Assembly: GCA_038845975.1 (NCBI GenBank)
Contig: JAWBQF010000002.1
Coordinates: forward strand, 93,652-157,651
DNA length: 64,000 nucleotides
Direction: 5' to 3'
From: Candidatus Methanomethylicia archaeon
Lineage (GTDB): Archaea > Thermoproteota > Methanomethylicia > CALHIW01
Shown in pieces: positions 1 through 9,747 of this stretch. Under the pieces are notes generated by a model. The model had not been told where the DNA came from, ran no database searches, and saw only the letters and a program-made list of their open reading frames with translations. The stretch's first letter is position 1. Each line of letters begins with the position of its first letter. Both the position numbers and the translations under genes were made by a program.

Positions 1-581
1 GGTGGACATGGCCAGCTCTTAAACCAATACTTGCTTTCAGGAGGATTCTTTATTCTCTCATAGCATAGGAATTGAGTTTCACCCACATCTCCAAAATGTA
101 TTTTTCCATATTTAGTAGATATCTTATATAATGCCATAGCAACTGAGCTATGCCAATTCCACCCAAGTATATCAACCCCCAGCCTTACTATAGCATCCTC
201 ATATGCTTTAACAGCTTCAGCAGGATCCGACTTACTATCAAGCCATATAAGCTCTATATCTCTAAGCTTTCCATCAACTAGAATAGGAATTTTTCCTGCA
301 GCTTTAAGCTCTGCATAGGTAAACTCTATAGCATCCTTAAACTCCTTACCAGTTCTAGCAGCAGGACCAGTTAATGGGGGAATAAATGCTATCTTGATAG
401 GGGGACCGACAGGAGTAGTAACAGGAGTAGGAGATGTAGGGGATGTAGGAGTAGTAACAGGAGTAGGAGTGGTTGGTTTAGGAGCTGTAGCAAAGTAGTA
501 TGCTAAGGCTGCAATAATTATTATTATAACAATTGCTATAGCTATATATGGTACCTTCCCAGAGGATTTACCTCTACTCAT
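1..581 (-). CDS. Branched-chain amino-acid ABC transporter substrate-binding protein (LivJ/K-like); 3' end runs off the window
   Basis: Not in the ORF track. Manual translation from ATG at 581: MSRGKSSGKVPYIAIAIVIIIIAALAYYF (TM anchor), Pro/Thr linker, then IKIAFISPLTGPAARTG...DSKSDPAEAV...SSVA (Peripla_BP_6 motifs). Divergent from livH/livM-like permeases. Confidence 0.85.
   Translation of the reverse strand, partial: MSRGKSSGKVPYIAIAIVIIIIIAALAYYFATAPKPTTPTPVTTPTSPTSPTPVTTPVGPPIKIAFIPPLTGPAARTGKEFKDAIEFTYAELKAAGKIPILVDGKLRDIELIWLDSKSDPAEAVKAYEDAIVRLGVDILGWNWHSSVAMALYKISTKYGKIHFGDVGETQFLCYERIKNPPESKYWFKSWPCP
409..478 (-). repeat. Low-complexity tandem repeat encoding a Pro/Thr linker
   Basis: Repeated ggagtagtaacaggagtagga / gatgtagg units encode PTTPTPVTTPTSPTSPTPVTTP. 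Confidence 0.8.
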
Positions 582-633
582 AAGAGTCCATACTTAAGTA
601 CAAAACTAACTTATAAATCTATCCACTGAAATT

Positions 634-1387
634 ATGTGTCCTGTCAACTTTAGATGTTTACACCATTTTTATTATCTCTCTTGTTAGAATTCTTTATTTT
701 ACCTATATCTCTAATTTTTCATTTCCCACATGGTGTCTGATTGTTTATTGATACATGTGATCTTATTCAGTTGTAGTATACTACGCAACATAAAATTAAT
801 CTCCTAGCATATTCTAATGGCTTTCCACATTTACTGCATGTATTGATCATTCTTCTATTAAAATCTCTATAATGTTTCATTAGTTCTCTTAAGAATTTTG
901 CATTTATCAACTTAATAATCTCTTAATCCATTAGCCTTAGCTGCATAGCATTTTAAATAATCATTAATAACTATTTTAACACCGTATTTTTCCTTAAAAT
1001 CCTTAGAAACTTACGGGCATTAAAATCGATATGTGAAAATGATGGGTGAATATATACTATTCTTCTACACTCTCAAATGCAAACCATATTCATACAATGA
1101 ATGTACCTATCTTAATAGTGTATTCATTAACATATATCTTCCTAACATGACTAAATAGAATAATTGATATTAAATTATAATCTACGAATTCACCTACATA
1201 CTCATAACTATGATCAATAGCTAAAAGTCTATTTGCCCTCTTAAACAACAACCATAGAAATAGATTAATGGCATAAAGTACAAATATAAATGGTATTCCT
1301 ACCTACTAAAGAATCCATAACTACAAACCGTATCAGCATATGATAAGAACACTCCTACTTAAAACCTTGAAGTTGGCAGGACACATC
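634..1387 (-). mobile_element. Decayed IS6-family element
   Basis: Terminal inverted repeats atgtgtcctgtcaactt (634) and aagttggcaggacacat (1370) differ by 1 nt in 17. Minus-strand fragments WFAFE, RRIVYIHPS and VYYN*IRSH resemble an IS6 transposase with many stops and frameshifts. Confidence 0.7.
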
Positions 1388-1445
1388 TTATTAAGCATAA
1401 AGTATAAATATCTCCTCAAAACTTAGAGGTGAGGTGTGATATGAG

Positions 1446-2333
1446 TTGATTACTCCGATGGATATTGTGTTGACCTTAATTAGAGGATCTTTGTATGTAC
1501 TTGTTTCAGCAAGTTTGGCTTTGCTTTTCGGGATAATATCTGTAGCAAGCTTTATGCATGGAGACTTTGCAATGCTTGGAGGATATGTATCATTCTTTCT
1601 GCTAGTTAGCTTGGGATTGGATCCTATTTTGGCTCTAGTAATAACAGGGGTTTTAATGTTTTTTTTAGGATGTACTATTGAGAAAGCTTTATTATTACCA
1701 CTACGTAAAACTAGTGGGAAGTTATGGATGTTTAATACATTTGTGTTAACACTTGGAATTTCCCAAGTATTTCAGAATGGAGCTCTTGCTGTTTTCGGAC
1801 CTATATTTTATGGTGTTAGAAGTCTCTGGGCTGGAGAGGTAAGCATTTTTGGAGTATCTATATCTATAGATCGCTTAATTATACTGGTTTTAAGCATTAC
1901 GATAATAGCTGGTTTATGGGCTTTTCTAAAGTATACGAGGATAGGTAGAGCTATTTTAGCTACTGGAATGAATGAGGAGGCAGCATCCATTTATGGAGTT
2001 AATGTTAATAACATATATACATTAACATTTGGTATATCAGCATTACTCTCCGGTATTGCAGGAGTATTCTATATGGCTTTATTTACAACATATCCATTAA
2101 TGGGGGTAAGCTACAATTTAAAGGCATGGATTGTTGTATTGATAGCTGGTTTAGGAAATATAAAGGGAGCAATATACTGTAGCTTCCTATTAGCATTTAT
2201 TGAGATAGTAGCTACGAAAACCCTAGCAGCTGGATGGCAGAATGTTTTACCAGTTATATTTGTTATACTTGTATTGCTGTTTAAGCCGACAGGTATTTTT
2301 GGAACAGAGGTTAAGGGAATATGGGAAAGATAG
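1446..2333 (+). CDS. livH: Branched-chain amino-acid ABC transporter permease (LivH-like)
   Basis: Hydrophobic; FMHGDFAMLGGY and TRIGRAILATGMNEEAASIYGVN motifs; GLGNIKGA; KPTGIFG; SD gaggtg upstream. Confidence 0.9.
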   Translation: MITPMDIVLTLIRGSLYVLVSASLALLFGIISVASFMHGDFAMLGGYVSFFLLVSLGLDPILALVITGVLMFFLGCTIEKALLLPLRKTSGKLWMFNTFVLTLGISQVFQNGALAVFGPIFYGVRSLWAGEVSIFGVSISIDRLIILVLSITIIAGLWAFLKYTRIGRAILATGMNEEAASIYGVNVNNIYTLTFGISALLSGIAGVFYMALFTTYPLMGVSYNLKAWIVVLIAGLGNIKGAIYCSFLLAFIEIVATKTLAAGWQNVLPVIFVILVLLFKPTGIFGTEVKGIWER

Positions 2334-3286
2334 CGATCTCTAAAGGGAGAATATTCCTATATGTATTGACTGCTTTAGCATTTATCTTACCATTAATCTT
2401 TAGAAATGAATACGTATATAGTGTACTTATATCTATTATTCTTTGGGCTGCTATCTCATCATCATTTGATCTAACAGCAGGATTTATTAAGGTTACAAAT
2501 TTTGGATATGCAGGTTTCTTCGCAGCTGGAGCGTATACTTCAGGTTTACTTGCTCTATATTACGGGGTTTCACCATGGATAGGCTTAATACCTGGAACAC
2601 TAGTAGCTTCATCCCTGGCTGCTGCTGTAGGTTTTCTAACATTGAGGCTACACGGCATATTTGCTGCTGCCTTCAGCTGGTTTATAGCTGAAGCGTTGAA
2701 ATATACATTAGCAGCACTTACTGATATAACACGTGGATATCATGGATTAGCATGTCCACCATTCTTTCCAGGTATAACTAGATTACCATACTACTACATG
2801 ATACTACTTACATATATAGTTGAACTTCTAATAATAATGAGGATTGTTAATGGAAAGATGGGGTTTGCCTTTAAAGTTATAGGAGAGGATGAAACAGCGG
2901 CTAGAACTATAGGAGTGAATGTAACTTTCTATAGGGTTTTATGCTTTGTAATATCATGTGCATTTGCAGGCTTCTTAGGGGTTTTCTATGCTCACTACTA
3001 TAATGTAATAACACCTGATGTCAGCAGTTTATCTGTAACTGTTCCTGCATTAGCTATATGCTATGTTGGTGGTAGAGGATCAATATGGGGTTCCCTTCCA
3101 TCAGCTGCTATAATACTAATGATATTTGAACTTCTCCGACCATATGAAGCCATAGGAATCATATCATTCGCACATAAATACATAGTTTACGGTATTTTAT
3201 TGATAATTGTAATGATATGGGTACAGGGAGGATTAGCTGGAGCTGTGAAGAAACTTATGGAGAAATATGTGAGAACCACAAGTTAA
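2321..3286 (+). CDS. livM: Branched-chain amino-acid ABC transporter permease (LivM-like)
   Basis: NFGYAGFFAAGAY, LRLHG, TRGYHGL, GEDETAARTIGVN, VGGRGSIWG; overlaps livH. Confidence 0.9.
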   Translation: MGKIAISKGRIFLYVLTALAFILPLIFRNEYVYSVLISIILWAAISSSFDLTAGFIKVTNFGYAGFFAAGAYTSGLLALYYGVSPWIGLIPGTLVASSLAAAVGFLTLRLHGIFAAAFSWFIAEALKYTLAALTDITRGYHGLACPPFFPGITRLPYYYMILLTYIVELLIIMRIVNGKMGFAFKVIGEDETAARTIGVNVTFYRVLCFVISCAFAGFLGVFYAHYYNVITPDVSSLSVTVPALAICYVGGRGSIWGSLPSAAIILMIFELLRPYEAIGIISFAHKYIVYGILLIIVMIWVQGGLAGAVKKLMEKYVRTTS

Positions 3287-3431
3287 AACATAATTTCTCT
3301 ATTTATAGTTGTATGCTAACTTTAACCATAGTAACTCTCATCCAGTGTCATGATGTGTTCTTATCTTTTACTAATACATTCTCATTTTATAGATTTCATC
3401 TCTTTATTTTTCATTAATGGATTTTAAGAAA

Positions 3432-3521
3432 GAACCCATCTGGAAACTCTTTAAATGTTTTTAAGACCTGATTAGGTTAATAAGTTAACTACCAATAATT
3501 ATGAAGTTTTCAGACAAGCTC
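3432..3521. mobile_element. ~90-bp MITE, family C (TIR consensus GAGCTTGTCTGAAAACTC)
   Basis: Ends gaacccatctggaaactc ... agttttcagacaagctc; the interior closely matches 9284-9370. Confidence 0.65.
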
Positions 3522-3702
3522 AAAGATAAAAGCTCCCCTATACCTCCACCGTATACTGCCATAAATCTTTCAGATTTACCTCATCATTATTAGTTACAAA
3601 AATGTATAGTCCATCTATTCTGAAAATGCTGATTCTTCTACTTATGCTTATTACTTTTTGAACTCTATCTATTCCTTCTAAGTTATTCTTACCTAACTTT
3701 AC

Positions 3703-3759
3703 AGATCTATGGACTTTAAATATAGAGGTATACGTAGCTGATAGCTTAATCCATAAGGT
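3703..3759. mobile_element. Degenerate copy of the ~60-bp MITE (family M60)
   Basis: gatctatggactttaaatatagaggtatacgtagctgatagcttaatccataagg aligns with the copies at 9099 and 62884. Confidence 0.55.
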
Positions 3760-3827
3760 AAATCTATAGTTTCCTACTATTCCATTATGATGCTAACCAG
3801 TTATCGAAATATGGGAATATAATATTA

Positions 3828-5006
3828 TTAATTCAGGTTGTATTTTATTAGCCATTTCCATAATGAAATGAACCTTACTTCTTTGTTTTCAATTTTAATA
3901 TTGTCTTCATAATCCCATGTTATGATAAGTAGTTTTTGACCTTTAGTATTTCACCTGCCTTAATTAGAGAGTTAACTTCTCTCTTCTCGACTTCATCTCT
4001 TCATGATGCATATGTTACTTGTATTAGTTGTTTTGTTTCTTGACCATCTCTTATTAGGAAGTCAACTTCTTTATTGTTAGTTTTGAAGTAGTAGATTTTC
4101 CAGCTTTTAAACCAGTAGCTTTTCCTTCTCAAGAGTTCTATAGCTACTAAATTTTCTATTAGTCTACCAATATTTTCTGATATCTTGAATCCTATTGTAT
4201 TTATGATTTCAGTATCTATGCAGTAGACTTTTACGGTACAAGTACTCCCTATGTTTAGAATATTCTTAATTTTATTAAAGGATATTTCCTTCGAGCAATT
4301 TGAGATAAGATATTTTGACAGTTCTTTTAGTTTGTTTTTGAATTTTATATTATATCTTTGGATTACATCTATTTCTATTATGTCTCTATAGTTTTCTGCT
4401 ATAAAGCTTCTTCCAAGCTTATAGACTAAGGGGATCCGCCCATGTTTAAGTATTCAATGAGCATATTCTTTGTTTTTACAATGTCCCTTGTTAGATAAAT
4501 GTTTGGTTTAAAGTTGTTGAATACTAAGTATTCACGGAAGCTAAAGGGAAACAATTCAAAGTTAATATGTCTCCCTGTTAGAAATGTTGCAAACTCTTTA
4601 CTTATTAACCTTGCATTACTTCCTGTAATAATTATTTTCTTGGTTGGTAATATTCTGGAAATGAATCTCTCCCCATCCTTCTACATATTGAATTTCAATC
4701 AAAAACTATGAACTCCACATTTCCCTTTAGCGAGATTATAGCTTCTAATATGGAGTTTAGTTCTTGCTGTTTCATCTGTAGTCTCCCATCTTCGAAGTTT
4801 ACATATGCAGCATTTTCCTGCTGTGTTAAAAGGAATGCAAGTATTGACTCACCACATCTTTTTACTCCCATAATTATACTAGATACATCAGCACTAAGCG
4901 TTTCTATCTTAAGCTCTCTTTCTATAATATGTTCTGTTTTAACTTTACTTCTTAACTCCTCTTTCTTATCTACTATTGCTGACTTTATTACTTCTATACT
5001 TACCAT
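3828..5006 (-). pseudogene. AAA+ ATPase / DUF4143 family pseudogene
   Basis: N-terminus GVKRCGES (degenerate Walker A), YVNFED and FD then a stop. Downstream frames give IIITGSNARL, LTGRH, FPFSFREY, KVYCID, ENLVAIEL, EVDFLI and LWKWL, separated by frameshifts. Confidence 0.85.
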
Positions 5007-5295
5007 GCTTAAAGCGGTGCAAACTTTAACATGAATCTATCCTGCTGTAAAGAGCTAAGATATAATGAAGAGTTCTTTGTAAGTCTTCATTAATCTATTA
5101 CCGAATATAACCATAAGGAATTCCTAAACAATTTGATTATTATTTAATGCTTTGATATCTACTTGCCTTTCTATAGAGTTTAAGGCTTTCTTTACGATGC
5201 TTCCTCTAAATATCTATTCTTAACTAATACATGTTACAATAGATAACGTATAGCTTAATGATTCTCAGCAGCTTTATGTAGGATTATTAGGAGTT

Positions 5296-6144
5296 CTAGG
5301 ATTTGTAGAATTCAGTATGGTTTATGTTAATCTTATGTTTTAATGTTTTATTCATGCTTCCAGGATTATAACCGCTTAAATCTAGAGTTACATATATAAA
5401 TCCTATTGATTTAAGGGATTCATTGATTCTATTCATTACATCAATATTGAAGAATTTAGACCTCTCCTCAGGATTTACTTCAATTCTAGCTATACCGTCA
5501 TGATCTCTAACTCGGATTTGTTTAACATCCACTATATCCTTCACCATTCTTTCAGCTTCATCAATTCTCCTAAGTCTTTCCTCTGTGATTTCTGATTCGT
5601 ACGGTATTCTAGATGCTAAGCATGCCATTGATGGCTTATCCCAGTTTGGTAGTCCTACATTTTTAGCTATATTCCTAATATCCATTTTAGTAAATCCAAG
5701 TTCTACATATGGCGTTTTAACTCCTTCCTCGATTTCTGCTATATGGCCTGGTCGATATTCTCTTAACTCATCAGCATTAGTACCGGTAACTATGGTTTCT
5801 ATGTTGAGTTTAGAGGCTAAATCCTTAAGTTTACGGATTAGAGACTTCTTACAGTAGTAGCATCTATTTGGAGGGTTTCTAGTGAAGTTGAAGTCTTTAA
5901 GCTCATCAGTTTCAATAACTATATGTCTAATATTGATTATTGAGGCTATCTTAGTAGCTTCGTTAAGCTCTCTTGATGGGAGAATAGGGGATTTTGCAGT
6001 AACAGCAATAGCATTACTGCTAAGAGCTTCTTTAGCAGCTAGAGTGAGAAGTGAGCTATCAACTCCTCCGGAGAACGCGATGATAACGGATTTAAACTGT
6101 TTAAACCATGAAGTTAACATCACCCATTTCTCAGAAGCACTCAT
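5296..6144 (-). CDS. larE: LarE-family ATP-dependent sulfur insertase (PP-loop)
   Basis: AFSGGVDS PP-loop; RCYYCK; RPG; WDKPSMACLASRIPY; RVRDH; TLDLSGY. Confidence 0.88.
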   Translation of the reverse strand: MSASEKWVMLTSWFKQFKSVIIAFSGGVDSSLLTLAAKEALSSNAIAVTAKSPILPSRELNEATKIASIINIRHIVIETDELKDFNFTRNPPNRCYYCKKSLIRKLKDLASKLNIETIVTGTNADELREYRPGHIAEIEEGVKTPYVELGFTKMDIRNIAKNVGLPNWDKPSMACLASRIPYESEITEERLRRIDEAERMVKDIVDVKQIRVRDHDGIARIEVNPEERSKFFNIDVMNRINESLKSIGFIYVTLDLSGYNPGSMNKTLKHKININHTEFYKS

Positions 6145-6231
6145 AAACTAGTTAGGATTAAGACTTATTTAAACATTTATAAGATAGTATTATACATGCT
6201 TAGTAAGATATGTTGAATTTACTGCTGTCTT

Positions 6232-7518
6232 ATGATGGAGACATATTCAGGTATTGATAGGGAGATTGGATTAGAATACTATACAACTAATACTGTAGGG
6301 CTTAATGGAGTTTTAAGAAGGGAGTTCAGTGATTTTATCGTAGAAGAAATTATTAATGAAAAATATATTACATCAAATTTAGAGGCACCATACATTCTAT
6401 GTAGGCTAAGTAAGATTGGAATGGATACGTTTGAGGCTTTACGTAGAATTTCTAGAGCTATAGGTATTCCAATAAGTTCTATAGGTTATGCTGGCTTAAA
6501 GGATTCAAGAGCAGCTACAACACAATACATAACGGTAAAGTATACAGATAGAAACCTTAAGATGTTAAGTATGGTTACTGATGATAGATTGAAAGTAGAG
6601 GTTATTGATAGATGTTATGAAAGCCTTAAGCCTAGAATGATTCTTGGAAATAGATTTAGAATAACTATAAGAGAAATAGATTTAAAGCCAAGTATAGTTA
6701 GGGAATATGTTGAGACTACTATTAGCCAGATAGAGAGTATTGGTGGGGTGTTAGCCTACTTCGGCTATCAAAGGTTTGGATCTAGTAGACCTAATACACA
6801 TAAAATAGGCTACTACATAGTTAAAGGGAGATGGAAAGAAGCTGTCTATGAGCTTCTTGTAAATACGTATCCTTACGAAAATGAGGAGATTAAGAGTATT
6901 AGGGGGAAAATAGCTAAATACCTAGAAGGTTATGGTAAACCTCCAGAAATCCCATCTAAACTATATTATGAAGCCATAGTTTTAAGAAATCTTAGGAAAA
7001 CATTAAACTACAGGAAAGCTATACTTAAATTACCAAGATATGTATTAAGACTATTCATCAATTCTTATCAAGCATATCTATTCAATAAAATACTCTCACA
7101 GAGAATTAGGAATGGTATTTTACCAAACATAGCTATTCAAGGTGATAAAATACTATCCCTAAAAACAGGTAGAATAACTAGAGTAGATAGTGAAATAATG
7201 ATTGGGAAGGACTATGTAACTCTAATAGATATTCCAGGTTATAATACAGTACTTAATGATACAGATTCCTCAATAATTATACTGCAAATACTTAAAAGCG
7301 AAAATATAAATATATTGGATTTTAAGCAGTCTATAGAAGCTAAGGGATCATTAAGACCGGCTATAATGAAAATTAGGGATCTAAAATATAAGGTAGAATC
7401 TGAAAACAACAGCTCAACTATTCATTTAAGCTTTACCCTTGATAGGGGGATGTATGCTACAGTTCTATTAAGAGAGATTGTAAAGCCTGAGAATCCAGTA
7501 ACATGTAATCTAGCATAG
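6232..7518 (+). CDS. truD: tRNA pseudouridine(13) synthase TruD/Pus7
   Basis: DFIVEE, YAGLKDSRAATTQ (catalytic Asp), GNRFRI, YFGYQRFG, YQAYLFN, FTLDRGMYAT. Confidence 0.95.
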   Translation: MMETYSGIDREIGLEYYTTNTVGLNGVLRREFSDFIVEEIINEKYITSNLEAPYILCRLSKIGMDTFEALRRISRAIGIPISSIGYAGLKDSRAATTQYITVKYTDRNLKMLSMVTDDRLKVEVIDRCYESLKPRMILGNRFRITIREIDLKPSIVREYVETTISQIESIGGVLAYFGYQRFGSSRPNTHKIGYYIVKGRWKEAVYELLVNTYPYENEEIKSIRGKIAKYLEGYGKPPEIPSKLYYEAIVLRNLRKTLNYRKAILKLPRYVLRLFINSYQAYLFNKILSQRIRNGILPNIAIQGDKILSLKTGRITRVDSEIMIGKDYVTLIDIPGYNTVLNDTDSSIIILQILKSENINILDFKQSIEAKGSLRPAIMKIRDLKYKVESENNSSTIHLSFTLDRGMYATVLLREIVKPENPVTCNLA

Positions 7519-8244
7519 CAATAAAAGTACATGTAGCTTTAATTTACGTTGTAGACTTCTATCTAGGTTTCATTGCTTTCAGCAGTTTACATTTACAATG
7601 TTAAAGTATACTAATGTTCATATCTCTAAGCTCAAAGTGTAGAAACTCTCTGTAAAGCCGCATTTATAGTACTTATTTATCCTTAGCTTTTCCACTCTTT
7701 CGACATGGATGCGGCAATTCTAGAAAGATTTCTCATGAAGTCATAATATTAGAGGTATAGGCTTAATCATAGGTCTTCTATAAAACCAGCTCAGTATAAA
7801 TTCAGGAATATATTAACCACAATACTTCATGATCAAATTCGCTGGTTTTAAAATGTTCAAGCCTTGTTGATTCATGATTTACATAGAGCTTCATGAGCTT
7901 AGTAATGGTAAATGGAGGTTTATTAGGTCTTCATCCCCTAGACCTATTAGGAGTAAGGAGATAAAGTTAACAATAAGTTTTGATTAACAGTATCCTGCAC
8001 ATGGTTACTATTAGCTGTAAGTAGAGTAATGATGGATAGAGGCGAAGATGTTAATCAATTTAATGTTCAAAATAGTAACATTCACATACATAATAATAAA
8101 CATAAAATATGAGTAGTGAAAGACTTAAATATTTTGAAACACTCCATTATAGCCTAATACTTCATCCTTAACTTCAATTACACTAATATTTAGTTACAAG
8201 CTACTGTAACTTGTAGAATGAGAAATCAAATATGATTTAACAAG

Positions 8245-8679
8245 TTAGCTTATATGCTTCCTTATTATCCATCCATTCTTTTTTTGAGTTAATTGCTTAT
8301 TAGCAATCAACTCGTTAAAGATTCTTCTTAAATCACTCCAAAAACCTCTATCATAAATTACTAAACCATCTTTTAATGAATCTAGAATTAATGGGTTGAA
8401 GTCTTTAAACATAAGCTCAACTTCCTCCTTACTATATATGAATGCTTCAACCCAACCATTTGAAAACTTGGAATATTTATAAAGCCTATCTTTAAAACTT
8501 AGTTCTTCATGCGAAACAACAATTAGAAGATCGTAATCACTATGCTTAGTATAAGTGCCTTTAGCCATAGAGCCGAAAAGTACTATAGAGAGAATTCTAC
8601 CACCCTCCTTCTTCAGTATTGAGTTTACAAATTTTTTAAGAGATGTAAATCTAGGTAATTCCTGTAATTGATTTAGCAA
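8245..8679 (-). CDS. Minimal nucleotidyltransferase (MNT)
   Basis: LFGSMAKG...SDYDLLIV motif; directly downstream of a HEPN gene. Confidence 0.88.
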   Translation of the reverse strand: MLNQLQELPRFTSLKKFVNSILKKEGGRILSIVLFGSMAKGTYTKHSDYDLLIVVSHEELSFKDRLYKYSKFSNGWVEAFIYSKEEVELMFKDFNPLILDSLKDGLVIYDRGFWSDLRRIFNELIANKQLTQKKNGWIIRKHIS

Positions 8680-8682
8680 GAT

Positions 8683-9042
8683 TTAACACTCCTCAGCATA
8701 TTGGAGAGCTTCTCTTGCATCATCTTCATTAAACATGTGTACTGGTGCTCCGCTTGGAAAAGCATTAGGATATCTTGTTGGAATATAGTATCGGTTAAGT
8801 ATTCTACATGCATTCTCTATATTTTTAGATATACTTACGAACTTTGAGACTTCAGCTAATAAAACCAATAGATTACGACCTATTGTTGGACTACCGAAGT
8901 GTTCTAAAATAGCTTTTAATGCTTTCTCAGCTGCTTGATGACATGTAAAGCAACACCATGCATAATTAGCCGTTACAAAAAGGTCACGTGCAGCTTTAAA
9001 CTCACCCTTAGCCTGCTCCATCCAATCAACAGTTCGATGCAA
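8683..9042 (-). CDS. HEPN-domain protein of a HEPN-MNT pair, possibly C-terminally frameshifted
   Basis: W..QA...A..L, CFTCHQAAEKALKA, YYIPTRYPNA; ends abruptly at AEEC*. Confidence 0.85.
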   Translation of the reverse strand: MHRTVDWMEQAKGEFKAARDLFVTANYAWCCFTCHQAAEKALKAILEHFGSPTIGRNLLVLLAEVSKFVSISKNIENACRILNRYYIPTRYPNAFPSGAPVHMFNEDDAREALQYAEEC

Positions 9043-9098
9043 AACACCACCAATACTAATAAGAAAAACCTAAATATTTACTTTACCAACTTCCTAAT

Positions 9099-9157
9099 GA
9101 CTCTGTAAACTTTAGATATGAGAAGTATATGTAGTTAATGGTTTAATTTCATAGGAT
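9099..9157. mobile_element. ~60-bp MITE (M60)
   Basis: gactctgtaaactttag...ttaatttcatagga; flanks cttcctaat / gttcctaac (7/9 direct repeat). Confidence 0.75.
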
Positions 9158-9283
9158 GTTCCTAACTATTTCTGAATGTTATTGAGTTATCTTATAATAG
9201 ACTTTGAAAGTTACTCATGAAATATTCCATCAAGATTTCTTAAAGTTCCTTAAGAATAGTAGTTTCCGAAACTAATCTACATA

Positions 9284-9370
9284 GAACTCATCTGAAAACT
9301 CTTAAATGTTGTTAAGACTTAATTAGGTTATAAGTTAACCATCAATTAATCATGGATTTCAGACTCATTG
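9284..9370. mobile_element. ~90-bp MITE, family C
   Basis: gaactcatctgaaaactcttaaatgttgttaagacttaattaggttataagttaacc...gatttcagac; homologous to 3432-3521. Confidence 0.65.
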
Positions 9371-9747
9371 TTTACTTAACTAATTGTTCATATTCACTTT
9401 AGGTTTAATGTTTATATTTCATGTTGATTTATAATAGGTGCATCATTTAGGATTAGAAGTTCCCTCTAGGTTAAGAGGCATTTACTAAACCTATTATAGG
9501 GCTTTGTAGAGCTTTTATTGAGGCTTATAATTGCTTTAAGAAAACATGATATGAAAAGTTTTATTCATCAAACTGAAATGATGAGAAAACCATAACTCTA
9601 CTTATAAGCTGAAATATTAAGCTACTGACTAGGTAATAATATATGTAAACATAACAATCGGCTAAGTACTCCCAATTAAGCTTCAAAGTTAGTGGAATAA
9701 TGTAGTTTATGGAAAAGTTTTTATATTTTCCTCTATCCTTGATTTTG

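Noticed and set aside
7520-8240. Possible transposase remnants in spacers (also 5030-5290, 20700-20880, 37440-37830, 53760-54330, 60660-61200)
   Set aside because: Only weak fragments (e.g. RIHVERV, NSIER); cannot be supported without a search.
9709-9747. Hydrophobic N-terminal extension on ValRS (possible membrane anchor)
   Set aside because: It overlaps a TATA-like box; a leaderless GTG start at 9748 is more plausible.
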